A stretch of 64,000 nt of DNA from Azolla caroliniana. Taxonomy: Eukaryota > Plantae > Polypodiophyta. Below the pieces are notes generated by a model, which ran no database searches, was not told the DNA's origin, and saw only the letters and a program-made list of their open reading frames with translations. Where the stretch lies: contig JBHGNT010000001.1 in the NCBI GenBank assembly GCA_043228905.1, positions 15,996,001 through 16,060,000 of the forward strand. Direction: 5' to 3'. Shown here piece after piece: positions 1-12,500 of this stretch (position 1 is the stretch's first letter; every line of letters starts with the position of its first letter). The translations under genes were made by a program, and so were the position numbers.

Positions 1-105
1 TTTACTCATAATTAATCTCTATCTCACGAACTTCTTTCTCCTAGTCCAAGACCTCTGTGGTTCCCACCCGACTCACGCAACGATCCGGAGCCGAAAGGCA
101 CGACA
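1..105 (+). mobile_element. 3' end of an H-family Gypsy LTR inserted in Copia A
   Basis: Reverse complement of the LTR start at 18555/29804 (tgtcgtgcctttcggctccggatcgttgcgtgagtcgggtgggaacc); ends ...ggcacgaCA, after which Copia linker sequence resumes. Confidence 0.9.
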
Positions 106-183
106 CCGGTTACCGAAGCTCCAGAACGGAGATATCCTCTAAGAGAGAGAAGGGCCCCCCGGAGATTTCCGGAACCAGAGCAC

Positions 184-1776
184 GTGCTGCTAACCGACGA
201 AGGGGAGCCGGAGAGCTTTGAAGAAGCAAAGCATGACACCCAGAGCCGCAGGTGGTTGAGTGCCATGCAGGACGAGATGGATTCCCTGCATGAGAACCAC
301 ACATATGAACTTGTGGAGTTGCCGAAAGGAAAGCGGGCACTTCGAAACAAGTGGGTGTTCAAGCTGAAACCGGGAGATGCCGGAAACCCCCCGAGATACA
401 AAGCCAGGATCGTGGTGAAGGGGTTTCAGCAGAAGAAGGGCGTCGACTTCGACGAGATATTCGCCCCGGTAGTGAAGATGACCTCCATCCGGACGGTGCT
501 GAGCATAGCGGCAAGCATGGACCTCGAGGTAGAACAGATGGACGTGAAGACGGCATTCCTTCACGGTGACCTCGAAGAAGAGATCTACATGCAGCAACCG
601 GAAGGATTCGAGAAGAAAGGGAAGGAGCACCTGGTATGCCGGTTGAAGAAGAGCCTTTACGGACTGAAGCAGGCTCCCCGGCAATGGTACCGGAAGTTCG
701 ACTCCTTCATGACCGACGAAGGGTACCACAAAATGCAGTCTGATCACTGCGTGTTTGTGAAGAAGTTCGAAGGAGGAGACTCTCTAATACTCCTCCTGTA
801 CGTGGACGACATGTTGATCGTCGGACGGGACCAGGTCAAGATACGGGCGCTGAAGAAAGCGCTTCACCGAACCTTCTCAATGAAGGACCTGGGTCCGGCG
901 AGGCAAATACTAGGGATGCACATCATCCGGGACCGGAAGAAGAAGCAGTTGTGGCTGTCACAGGAGAAGTACGTGACAAAGGTGCTTCACCGGTTCAACA
1001 TGTCGGAAGCAAGACCGGTCGGGTCAACCCTCCCGGGAAACTGCAAGTTGTCCAGCAAGCAAAGCCCCAAGACAAAGGCTGAGAAGGAGGACATGATGAA
1101 AGTACCATATGCCTCTGCCGTCGGAAGCTTGATGTACGCAATGGTGTGTACAAGACCGGACATAGGATATGCAGTTGGAGTGGTGAGCCGGTACATGAGC
1201 AATCCCGGCAAAGAGCACTGGAACGCGGTCAAGTGGATACTCCGATACCTGAAGGGCACGGCAAACGTGTGCCTCCGATTCGGCTCCGGTAAGCCCGAAT
1301 TCGACGGCTTTACCGATTCGGATATGTCGGCTGATGCAGATACCAGCCGGTCCACATCAGGGTATGTGATGACGTATGCAGGTGGAGCTGTTTCGTGGCA
1401 GTCGAGGCTGCAGAAGACGGTTGCGCTGTCAACCACGGAGGCGGAGTACATGGCGGCTGTTGAAGCCGGCAAGGAAATAATATGGATGAAGAACTTCATT
1501 AGAGAGCTCGGTATCCGGCAGGAGGAGTACCGACTCTACTGCGATAGTCTGAGTGCCATCCACCTTGCGAAGAACGCGGCCTACCATTCCCGGACGAAAC
1601 ACATCCAGCGTAGATACCACTGGATCCGGGAAAGGATAGAAGACAAGGAGTTCGTGCTGACGAAGATCCACACGGACGAGAACGGGTCGGATATGCTGAC
1701 CAAGGTGCTCACACCCGACAAGCTGGAAGCATGCCGGAAGAGGATCGGGTTGGAGAGACATCCCATGCCGAAGTGA
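184..1776 (+). CDS. Copia polyprotein C-terminal part: reverse transcriptase + RNase H (open, but cut from gag/integrase by the upstream insertion)
   Basis: Motifs QMDVKTAFLHG, LKKSLYGLKQAPRQW, LLYVDDML, GFTDSD, ALSTTEAEY, RTKHI, DMLTK. Confidence 0.9.
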   Translation: MLLTDEGEPESFEEAKHDTQSRRWLSAMQDEMDSLHENHTYELVELPKGKRALRNKWVFKLKPGDAGNPPRYKARIVVKGFQQKKGVDFDEIFAPVVKMTSIRTVLSIAASMDLEVEQMDVKTAFLHGDLEEEIYMQQPEGFEKKGKEHLVCRLKKSLYGLKQAPRQWYRKFDSFMTDEGYHKMQSDHCVFVKKFEGGDSLILLLYVDDMLIVGRDQVKIRALKKALHRTFSMKDLGPARQILGMHIIRDRKKKQLWLSQEKYVTKVLHRFNMSEARPVGSTLPGNCKLSSKQSPKTKAEKEDMMKVPYASAVGSLMYAMVCTRPDIGYAVGVVSRYMSNPGKEHWNAVKWILRYLKGTANVCLRFGSGKPEFDGFTDSDMSADADTSRSTSGYVMTYAGGAVSWQSRLQKTVALSTTEAEYMAAVEAGKEIIWMKNFIRELGIRQEEYRLYCDSLSAIHLAKNAAYHSRTKHIQRRYHWIRERIEDKEFVLTKIHTDENGSDMLTKVLTPDKLEACRKRIGLERHPMPK

Positions 1777-1786
1777 AGGGGGAGTT

Positions 1787-2403
1787 TGTTGGGATTTCGG
1801 TCCCTCCGGATGGGATGTCCGGAGATGAATGACGGCAAGCCCGGAGGCTGTTACGGAGCCGGATGCTGAAGACCCCGGTTACGGAGCCGGATGCTGAAGA
1901 CCCCGGTTACGGAGCCGGATGACGTATGTACCCGGAGAGAGATCCGGATGCGGGGACATATCTGTGAATATGTTTGCCAAGGGCCCTTGAGGCTATATTT
2001 GTAAATAGCCCGAAAGTCATATGTGTATAAATATGACTTAGGGCAAACAGTTTTGTTAGTTGTTGCTCATTTTTCTGTTTTCCACTAAGAGGGAGCGAAG
2101 TGAGAGCAGCCGAGAGAGAGTGAGAGAACGAAGAGGAAGGAAGAGGTCGACGCCTCTGTGTAATACCGCCGCCTGTGGCGAGGACAGCGAGCTCAAGGTC
2201 GTCGCCTTGCAGCTCGCCATTGTACATTCCCGCGCATAGTGATAGTTGGAGTCTTGCACTCCCGTGGTTTTTCCCATTTAGGGTTTTCCACGTAAAACAT
2301 CCAGTGTACCCTTCTCTCTATTGTTTTTCGTGCATTCTTGTACTTCCCGTTTTCTGTGAATCGATCCTGTTCCTCGGTGGTGGCCGAGCACGGAATTACG
2401 ACA
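1787..2403 (+). repeat. 3' LTR of Copia A
   Basis: Follows PPT; homologous to LTR at 48931-49487 (shared gaggctatatttgtaaatagccc, gggttttccacgtaaa, gtggccgagca). Confidence 0.9.
1850..1921 (+). repeat. 28-bp tandem repeat (about 2.5 copies) in U3 of Copia A LTR
   Basis: gttacggagccggatgctgaagaccccg repeated head to tail. Confidence 0.9.
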
Positions 2404-2716
2404 GTTTTAAAGGGGGGATAGTGTCATGATATGGCAAGACTCGAACCCATGACCTTAGGTTATATGGGTCGAGCTCTTGACCATTAGACCATCTATTGTA
2501 ATACGTAGGATATTATTTTCATTTACATTTTATTATAGGAAATTAGTGTATATTCCAGATTTCTCTGGAACATTCTAGAAGCTTCAGGATTACTCCTGAA
2601 AACACTATAAAAGAGGGCACTAGGCATTATGTTGAACCAAATTGGTTCAACGCCAGTCTTAAGCCTTTTAGCCACCGTTGTATATTCTCTTCATATAATA
2701 AATATCTTTCTTATCA

Positions 2717-2757
<41 letters not shown>

Positions 2758-2861
2758 TTCTCGCTCACTTCTTCCTTCTCTCGAAGAAGTTCCACACCTC
2801 TCATAGTACTAATCCTTCGTTTAGTACTAATTCCTTCTCTGTCTCAGTACTGTTCATGACA
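2404..2861 (+). mobile_element. PPT + 3' LTR (2422-2861) of element B, probably Gypsy; body lies left of the window
   Basis: gttttaaaggggggatag PPT (resembles G PPT gttttaaagagggcgagta); terminal inverted repeat TGTCATGA...TCATGACA; TATAAAA at about 2606; (CT)n at 2720-2760. Confidence 0.85.
2432..2493 (-). ncRNA. tRNA-like Pol III promoter cassette in U3 of LTR B
   Basis: Minus strand reads TGGTCTAATGG (A box, 2491-2481)...acccatataacctaaggtcatg GGTTCGAGTC (B box, 2447-2438) ttgcc; tRNA-like spacing; poor cloverleaf. Confidence 0.6.
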
Positions 2862-3377
2862 GCTTTAGCCATTTCTTGGCGGCTTCCGACAGCGTTTGCG
2901 GGTCCATGTCTGTGTCGAGGTCGGATTGTGGTGGTGAGGTTGGATAGTGATGAGAGTGAGAGTGAGAGAGAGAGAGTTCAGAAAGCGGGGGTTCTCTGTG
3001 CGTAGGTTCTTGTCTGATGGTCTTCCAATGCCTTGGTGCTTTTGTGCTCCTGGGTTCGCGAAAGTAGAAGGTCTCCATGCGCTGTGGTTTTTCTCTGTGC
3101 ATTCTGGCGACTTTTCCGAGCGTGTGCACGTCGTGTCCTAAAATAGCATTATGTCCTGTGGTGGCGCTTAAATGCCCACTACGTACCTTTTCGCTCCTTG
3201 CTCTCTCGTCCGTTCAAACCTCGCTTTTGCATGATTACTTCGCTTTTCTTTTTCTTCTCTTTTTTTTTTTTTAATTGTAGTGTGAGGTTACTTGTCTGTT
3301 GGTCCTATCGGACCCTTACCGTCCTCATTACGGTTTGCCGTCTCCTCATTTTCCCCTGTTACCAGCTTGCCGTCTCC

Positions 3378-6300
3378 TCAGTCTTGGTGGTTGCCGTTTC
3401 CCTCACAAGTTGCCATTTCCGCACCGGTTCCCAATACGGTGTCGGTCCTTTGCTCAAATGGGTTCTTGGGCATCGGTCCTCTATATGGCTTCAATCTAAA
3501 TCCGTTGACCCATTTGCCTAGCACTTCGCCGGCAATTGTCCCTAACTGGTAGGACCCATTATACTCACGTGTCAGCCAATACGGGCCGGTCCATCTAAAC
3601 CGTAGTTTACCCGGCATCTTGCCCATCCGGGTCTGAAATACTAACACCGACTTGTCAATTTCAAACATTTTTTCATTTCCTTTCCTGTGCCGGTCGACAA
3701 ATGCTTTCCGTCGTCGTTGTTCCAATTCTAGGTGCAGGATGCTTGCCAGTCGTTGTTCCTCAAGTTCACATAGCGTTGTTAACCGTATTGCCTCCGACTC
3801 CTTCTCGTTCAACCGTTCCCGTAGCTGGATCCGTAAGCTTGGTACTTGGAATTCCACCGGCATGACCGCCTCTAGTCCGAACGCTAACCGGAATGATGTT
3901 GTTCGGACGCTCGTTTTATATGTTGTTCGGTATGCCCAAAGCGCGCTATGTAGCTTGGTATCCCAATCCTTTCGGTTTTCGTTGACGATCTTCCGGAGGA
4001 TATTTTGGAGCGTTTTGTTCGTCGACTCAGCTAACTCGTTTGCTTGCGGATAGTACGGTGTGCTCCGTTTATGGAAAACGGCATAGAATGTCGTCAGGCT
4101 TTCAACTACTTGGCCGAGAAAGTGCCCCCCTTGGTCGCTTATTAATTCGATTGGGCATCCGTAACGGCACCAGATGTATTCATATAGAAATTTTGCCGTT
4201 GACGCAGCGGTGTTGTCTGTTAAGACTTTGGTCTCCACCCATTTCATGCAGTAATCCGTCGCGACGATGACGTACCGATTACCTGTTCTCATTGCCGGTG
4301 GTTTGAATGGTCCAACAAAATCCAGCCCCCACTTCTGGAATGGTTCGAGTGGTAGTACAGGCTGGTGTGGCATCCGAGCTTACTCCGTTGGCTGGCCCAT
4401 TCGCTGGCATAGGTCACATTCTTTTGCGTACCGTACAACATCTCTTAATGTAGTTGGCCACCATAGGCCACTTTGCCATATTTTCCTGGCCGTCGCATCT
4501 TCGGCATAGTGACCTCCGGCAACTCCGCAATGGGCTTCCCTCAGTATGAGGTCCTTTTCATCGCTGCGCACAACCCGTCTCCATATGCCGTCCGCGCCCT
4601 TGTGGTAAAGTGTGTCTCACAGTAAGCAGAAATGTCGGCTTTGCACCGCCAGGCGTTTCCTTTCATCCCGGTTCTTCTCCTCTAGAGGCAGTCCTGTGCT
4701 CAGAAACTGGTGCATATTTGTGAGACACTTGTCTTCCTGTGCCACCGTTTCATCTGCTGTCGTTTCCGTAGTGACTCGAAACAGCTCCGCATCCGGAAAC
4801 TCGTCCGCTACTCCGTCGCCCGTCTCTCCGGACTCTAATCGGCTTAAATAATCCGCTACGGCATGCTGTATACCATGTAGGTGGAATATTTCGAACTCAA
4901 ATTCCTGTAACAGTAAGGTCCACTGGGCCAACTTACCGGTGAGTGACGCCTTGGACACCAGGTAGAGGAGTGCCGAATGATCTACATGGAAGGAAAACTT
5001 CCTTCCCAATAAATAATGTTGAAACTTTGTCACATTGTAGATCATCCCTAGATCTTCCCGTTCCGTGGTAGAGTAGTTTTGTTCCACTTGGGATAGCTTT
5101 CGGTTGGCATAGTACACTGGCCGGTACCCCTTTGGCTCCGTAAGCTGCATCAGTACGCTTCCGATTGCGATGTCGGAGGCGTCCACAAACACATGAAATT
5201 CTTTACTCCAATCCGGAGGCTGCACTACCAGTGCTTGCGACAATAGTACCTTGAGGGCCCTATACGCCCTATCCTCGGTGGCGATCCACTAGAATGGTGT
5301 TCGATGTACCGCGGCATGCAACGGTGTAGCTAGGTCGGCCAAGTATCGGAGCATCCGGCTGTGCCACCGGATCTGGCCTAAGAACCGGCTCAATGCCTTC
5401 CTTGCTTCTAATATGGTTTTCACTTTGTCCGGGTCAACTGCAATGCCTTCCTTGCTCACAATATGTCCTAGTAGGGTTCCACTGGACATGCCAAATACAC
5501 ACTTCACCAGATTCAAGCTTAGCAAGGACGCTCTACACTTTTCTAGACAAAGACGGAGGTGTTGAAAATGGTCCTCTTCCCGGCTATAGACGGCGAAATC
5601 GTCAAGGAAAACCTGCATTACAGCCAGGATATATTCACGAAAGATTTCCATGATGATTCGTTGGAATGTTCCCGGTGCCGTTTTGAGTCCAAACATCATC
5701 ACCATGGCCACAAACACCGCCCATTTGGTGACGAAAGCCGTTTTCTCTTGGTCATCGGGGTGCATCCACATCTGATTATACCCGCTGAATCCATCTAGAA
5801 AGTTATAGACCTCATGGCCGGCGACGGCATCCAACACTCCATCTGTGAACGGAAGTGGAAACACATTCGTTACCGTAGCCACATTGAGTTTCCGGTAGTC
5901 CACACAAACTCGAATTTTTCCGTTCTTCTTCGGTACGACTATGATCGGGCTCAGCCATGTCGCTTTCTTTACCGAACGGATAAAGCCAGCTCTTAGCAGT
6001 TTTTCGATTTCCTCCTTGACTTTGGCAGCATAATTGGGGTTCATCCGGTACCGTCTTTGTGCCACTGGTTTTGCGTCCTTGCTCAAGTGAATCTGATGCT
6101 GGTATAACTGAGGGTCGAGCCCTCGCATGTCTTCGTATGACCAGGCAAACACGTTGCGAAATTCCGTGAGAATTGTGATCATCGTCGTTTTGTCTTCGGA
6201 CTTCATCTCCTTGGCGATGTGCACCGGTTTTGCTTCGTCCGTGGTCCCTAGGTTCACCTCTTCAAGTTGCGACGCTTTTACGCGCTGTGAAACGGCCATT

Positions 6301-9080
6301 TCCCGTTCCAACGCTTCCTACGCTTGCCGTAACTCTCGAATTGCGTCCTTATCCGGTTCTGCTTCAATCTCTTCCGGCTGCGGTAAGTATGGTGCTACTG
6401 CTTCGGCAATGTCAATTTTGAAGAGGGGTACGATCTTCGGGTTTTCTTGCAAGTACTGAGCTTCTTCTTCGTTAGCTAAACCTTCTAGCATGTTGACGCA
6501 CTCTGCATACAACGGTGTACATTCCTTGCCAGTGCTCATCCTTGGTTGTGTTGGTACACGTACCTTAGCTTTTCCTCGCCGGAAGGTAATTATATTTTTC
6601 CTCTAATTCTGTTTGATATGTGTCGTTTTCAACCACAGCCGCCCCAGCAATAGCGGGTACGCGCCTTGTGCCAGTAATTGTAGCACTACTGCCGAGATGT
6701 GAAATGTATGACCGCCAACGGTGACTTCTAATTTCCGTATTAATCCTGTCGGCTGCAATGAGCTTGTATCAGCCATCCGTAACCAGAACGGACACAGCTC
6801 CCACTCGTGGATTCCCAGCGCATCACACGTCCGGAGGCTTATTACATTCACACCGGAGCCTCCGTCTATTACTGTGCCGAGGAGTTCTTTCCCTTTTACA
6901 ATGGCAGTAATTACCGGACTGTTGGTGTTCACCACCGTTGGTCCCTCCTCCAGATTCGTGAAGAGTACCGGTGCAGGTGATGATTCTCCTTCCGTCATGA
7001 CTGTCTTCAGTCCTTCCGTGAATCTCGGCACGAGCTGTAGGATTCTTCCTAGTGGCAGCGTAATCTGGCATTCTTGCAACGCCTGCCATGTCTCGTTCTC
7101 GGAGTGACTGCCGCCGGCAAGCCCTACGGTGTTCTTCTTTTGCCGCTCTAAGTCTGTTATGTTTTGCTCGTTTGCTTTCTTCACCCATTCCGTCGCTTGC
7201 TTCCGGATGGTCTCCTGCGTCTCCCATTCTTTGGCCATGCCCTTCGACCTTGTGGTCCCCTGCTGCAGATCTGCCACTTCAGGGACTACCATATTTACTG
7301 TCGGTCGTTTGTCATAGCTCTTCGCCGGGCATTGATTACTATTATGGCCTTCCTGTCGGTAGTAGTAGCAGTAGGCTTTCCACGTATTGCTGGATTCGGC
7401 ATTGTTTGTTGTACCCGGGGCAGGTCCTGTGGTAAGCGTGGGGTTTTGGGCCGGTTGGCTGCTTGAAGCTCCTTGTTCCGGATCCCGTGGGTGGCCGCCT
7501 TTTTTGAAATGCCGTTTTATGTTATAGTTCTTCTTATTGCTGTACTCTTGACGAGGTTGGTCGTTATATCTGCCGTATTCCTCCCGTTGCTGACGATACC
7601 CGGGGGAGTGCTCCCGGTCGTAATGTTCGTATCGTCTATTGTAATCCCGGTACCGATCATTTCTATCGTGCCGGTCGTAGTTATCTCACCAATCATTGTA
7701 CCAGACATCATTCTCACGTCGATCGCCATACCGGACATCCTGTGCCGGTCGGTATCGGTCCATTCACCGCCCGCGTTCCTCTTCTTCATCTTGGCTGCTG
7801 CGTGGCTCTATTTGTCGGATGGGCGGTGCTTGCCGGTTCAATAGATTATACTCGCACCTATCCGTCGTTGGATTGACAGATTACACATTGCGTCCTCATA
7901 GTGCATTCTAGTGCCGAGTGTCCGGAATTCAAGCAGGTTGTGCATTGTATTGCTTGCCGAAACCGGAGGTCTTCATCGGACGGTAACGCCCGTTGGAGTG
8001 CTCCCAGTGTGAGCCAGGAGCTTGTCTTTTCCATCTCTCTCACCCGGTCAATGACCTGGTCGATGGTACTTGCGCGGAAGTCAATTACCGTGCAAACCGT
8101 GCATAGGGGTTCTCGGAGCGCATTTAGGAATATAGTCCGTAATTCCTCCTCCAGGGGTGCGCGGGCAAGCTGACTATGCATCCGTTGAAACCGGATGACA
8201 AACTGGGGAATGCTCTCCCCTTCCTCTTATCGGATGGTATAAAACTAGCCTACCATTACTGTCTGGTCCACCTCCTTTTGGGAAAAATGCAAGAATTTAG
8301 CTTTTAAATCTGCAAAGGTGGTGATGGTAGAAGGGTCCTCCGTCCGGCGCCATCATGTTGTCGGTCCCTCCAATGTGACGCCAAATTCCGCTATCTTAGA
8401 GCGTTCCTCTTCCTCCGGGGTCAATCGTTGGGACACATGGTTTGCTTCCCATGTCTGTTCAAAGGCGTGAACATGAGCTTCCGCGTCCGGATCATATATA
8501 CTTGGAGTACTGGAACGACATGTCGTCGTCCAGTATCGGTGCGCGGGCTGGCGGTGTTGGTGGTCGTTCCTGGTTTTTCTCCGGCATCGGTGGTCTTTCC
8601 TCTTCTTTTGGTGACGGAGGCCTCTCTTCCTCAACTTCCGGTGTCGGAGGTCGCTCTTCCTCTACTTCTGTTTCCGGAGGTTCCAGCCTTAGCACTTCCG
8701 GTTCCGGTGTCGGTAAGGTGTCTGATCCTTTGTCCTCCGGTCCGCCCGGGGTGTCGTTGCTACTACAATAGTTCGTGTGCACGTTGTATCCCCCTTCGGA
8801 ATCCGATTCATACGCTGAAAAGGCCTCCGCTTCGCCTTCTCCACTTGCCAACGCCTAGAGAAGGGATTCAGTTTCCCGGAGGCTGCTTAGGTTGCTGTCG
8901 TCCTCCGGGTGCGATGTTTGCTGTAACCAGAGGGACTCCTCCGCTACTCTCCGGATTACGTTGGAAAACGAGCGATCCGCTCTAATTTCCTGCGCCGCTT
9001 GTTGGAAATCCTCACGACTCCTTTGCCTTTCGGCAAGGCGTCGAGTTCGATCTATAACCAGGTCGTGCGTTGATCTAGTC
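3378..9080 (-). pseudogene. Fragmented gag-pol of element C
   Basis: ORF pieces 7858-8181, 6603-7292, 5289-6311, 4617-5243, 3378-4373 broken by stops and frameshifts. Confidence 0.88.
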
Positions 9081-9118
9081 ATCCATTCATGTCGTCGTTC
9101 GCTGCAAAAACAAGAATC

Positions 9119-9128
9119 GTGGTCGCCA
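9119..9128 (-). promoter_or_regulatory. Primer-binding site TGGCGACCAC (tRNA-Arg type)
   Basis: 7 nt inside the 5' LTR; complementary to a ...GUGGUCGCCA tRNA 3' end; identical in D at 46478-46487. Confidence 0.75.
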
Positions 9129-9135
9129 AAAACTG

Positions 9136-9569
9136 TGTTAACTCTTAGGGCCGGACAATGGCCTAACATAGGGTGTCTACGGAAGACACCTCACCAAGGG
9201 GTGTTACGGCAAGAGGATTAGGCTGAACGATTAATCCGACTTAATTAGGTTACTTAGCAAGATCGTCCTTAATAATCACACGTGTAAGATATAACAATGA
9301 ATGCAGAACGGCAATTAACACAGAGAGATAAAAACACTAAGCTTTATTAATTATCCGCTGCTCATTACATTGTATCCGGGCCTTTAAATAGGTTTCCGGT
9401 TTGTAGTACAAAACGGTGCCATCCGCACCTGTTCGGGATCGGTTCGGATCCGGAACGGCATACCGATTCCGGTCCGTCCGTCCACACTAATAGCTTACTT
9501 ACAACCATTCCTTAATAATTAAATAAGTCCTCCGTTTCACACTCTGGACTACTTTTCCGGCCGGTAACA
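9136..9569 (-). repeat. 5' LTR of element C
   Basis: TGTTA...TAACA termini; clearly homologous to D LTRs. Confidence 0.9.
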
Positions 9570-12500
9570 GTGCATGCCAGCGACACTCGGAGGGCCTTGG
9601 AGTTCAATACGGGGCGCGGGGGAATGAGTCGATTGATGGAAGAAGCTGCAGCACGACATGCAGAGACCGTCCACTACTCGGCATCGGTGGGAATCCGGGT
9701 TGGGGGCGATGAAGGTCGGAAAGCGAAAGAGTCTGGTTTCTGGCCGTTGGTGCTAGAAGGTCTCTCCGGCGTAAAGCTGCAGAAGGAGGAAACAGACCAC
9801 GCAGAGTTGCGGGTCCGGGAGGTCACTGGATGGTCTAACCTAGTCAAGGAGAAGACCGGATTCATGGAGGCGGCAAGCCAGAACTATGAGGTTCTGGTAG
9901 AGGACAAGCGCGCGGGAAAGGGCGGAGGGGTTGGACCTTCACAACAGTACGAGACCCGGCTCGGCCTAAAGAAGGACAATGTCGGCAATCCCGGCGTACT
10001 GGACAAACCCAAGCCAGCTGGTTACCGGCTGAGCACTAAGATTTAAAGAACCACGGACCTACGGAAGGTCCTAGAGGAGCGGATTCTCGACAGCAAGGTT
10101 GAGTTGTCACTATGGGAAGTGCTTGGAATCGCAAAGGAGTTCCACCATTCTATCGTGGACTTGGTGAACCGGAAGCGGCTTTGGATGGAGCCGAAACCGG
10201 AGAAGCCAGTGGAGGTGCGGATGACACACCTGGAAAACACGGCCCTAGACGACGAGTTGGCGGAAAGCCATATTCGAAGTTACACTGGGCCAAGGCCACG
10301 ACAGAGACCCCTGTTCGGATCGGTGACGTCTTGGAGCTGATGGTGGCGTTGATAGACCACAGCTCGGAGATCAACCTAATGTCCATGGACTTCTACAAAA
10401 AGGGGAAGTGGCCCATCAACACCAAGCACGGCTAGAAAATACGTGCGGCGACATGCGCTATGAAGGAACTGCACAGGGCGTGCCTGAATGTAAGCATGAA
10501 GATTGGGGATGTCGAGATTGACCAGCACTTCTTCGTGTAGGAGACATCCTCGCATCTGGTGATACTCGGAGAACTGTACATTACGACAACACGCATGGAG
10601 ACCAAAGTGCTTGACAACGGTTCGGCGTACGTGCGTGTCAAAAGCCACAACGGACGTCGCTCCGTCCAATTCCTGACCGTGTGGGCGAACCACGAGCGTA
10701 ATCGCGAGACCCTTGGCGGCGATAGGCGACGGGATTTTTAGAGAGGGCTATCAAGGCATGGGGCCGCAATAGTCCAGGCACCATGGAGAAACCCCACACA
10801 TGTACCATAGGAGGGAAATTTTGGTTCTCTGATAACAGAGGTTGTACTATAACTGGCATCAGCGGTTGGGAAAGGAAGCGGGCAGAGGAACGACTCAGGA
10901 CGTGCGGAGTCCTCGTCCCCGATGAAGAAATTAGCGGCACCGTGGAGGCGGTCTCTTTTGACGACACCTTGGGGGAACTATGGAAGGTGTTTGTAGGAGG
11001 CCTCAGTGAGTACCGGTCGGTTCCGGTTAGTTCTGTGGAGATGTACGAAGTCATCGCTGACTTTGGGGAAAGGGTCGGGTCTGATCGGACAGCCCACGTA
11101 GATACGAAGTACAAGACTATGGACCGGAAGGTGAGGCCAGTCGCGGCACCCTTGCGGGAGGTCGCGTCCGACCCAAGTTTGTGGAATCCGGTTGGCATAG
11201 GACACCGGTTCACCGACATAACGCTACTAGAGCTCAAGATCGGTGGGGGTGGCTTCCTACTGTAGGCGGAGGAGGACCGGTTTCGGAGGATGCTCGGAAG
11301 GCACGGGAAAGCCTATGCGTTCTCACTGGAGGAGATCGGGTGCGTGGACCCGACGATTGTAGAACCGATGGTGATATTCATGGTGTCGCATGTGTCGTGG
11401 AATCTCAAACCGATTCCGGTACCCAGAGCTCACATCCCGAAGTTGATGGAGCTACTGAAGTAGAAAGTGGAGATGGGCATCCTCGAACCATCGAGTGCCC
11501 CATATTCGAATCGGTGGTTTACTGTGCTGAAGAAGAACGGCACGTTGTGGTTCATTCAGGACCTGCAGCTGGTCAATAAAGTGACCATTCGGAACATAGG
11601 AGTCGGACCGACGATCGACGAGTTTGCAGAGGCCTTCGCTGGAAGGTCGATCTATTCGGTCGGGGATCTATACTAGGGGTATGACTAGTTCCAACTAGCC
11701 GTGGAGAGCAGGGATATTACGACGATGCGAACTCCTCTCGGCCTAGTGCGAATGTGTACCTTGCCACAAGGAGGGACCAACTCGATGACGCACATTGTGA
11801 ACGCTATGAACAAAGTGTTAAAAGACTACGTCCCGGACATCACCATGTTGTTTTGGATGACATACCCATAAAAGGGTGTCCAGTGGAGGATAAGGATGAG
11901 TCGGTTACACCGGACAGTTGTCGGAGGTTTGTTGTGGACCACATCAAAGACTGCAAAAGGGTGCTACAAAAGCTAGAGAGCGTGCGACTCACATTCTCTG
12001 GAGGAAAATCGGCTTTCGGTCAATCAAAAATCTTAGTGGTCGGTCACTTGTGCGGGCCTTATGGTCGGAAACCGTCTCCGGCAAAGGTCGAAGCCATTTC
12101 CGTGATGAAGGAGGAATGCAAGTTGGTAACAGAGATGCGGAGGTTCCTACGGGCGTGTGCGTTCTACCACATCTAGGTTCCGCATTACACACACATCGCG
12201 GAACCACTCTACGGGCTGCTAAAGAAAGGGTGCAAATTCGACTGGGGCGAAGAACATACGGAGTCGGTCCGGAGATTGAAAGAAGCTCTTACCGCGGCAC
12301 CGACACTCCGTAAAGCGGTCTATGGCAAGAACGTTCCGATCTATGTGACCGTAGATACGAGCCCGACCGGGATAGGATGGGTGATCAGTCAGGAAGACGA
12401 GGGCGGCACACGGTTCCCTATCCGGTTCAGAGCGAAGGTACTCGGTAAGCAACAATGAGGATACGCCCAAGTTAAGCGCGAGCTCTAGGGTATTGTTTCG

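Larger units (their letters stand above)
106..2403 (+). mobile_element. Ty1/Copia element A, 3' half (RT-RNase H, PPT, 3' LTR)
   Basis: Intact RT/RNase H ORF, PPT aagggggag at 1776-1784, LTR TG(1787)...CA(2403). Confidence 0.95.
2862..9569 (-). mobile_element. Ty3/Gypsy non-chromovirus (Ogre/Tat-like) element C, 5' LTR through integrase plus start of extra ORF
   Basis: Degenerate gag (CCHC), protease (IDGGSGVN), RT (FLDGFSGYNQ, VFLDDF), RNase H (VDAS), integrase (WGLDFVGP, GPY); collinear with element D. Confidence 0.92.
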
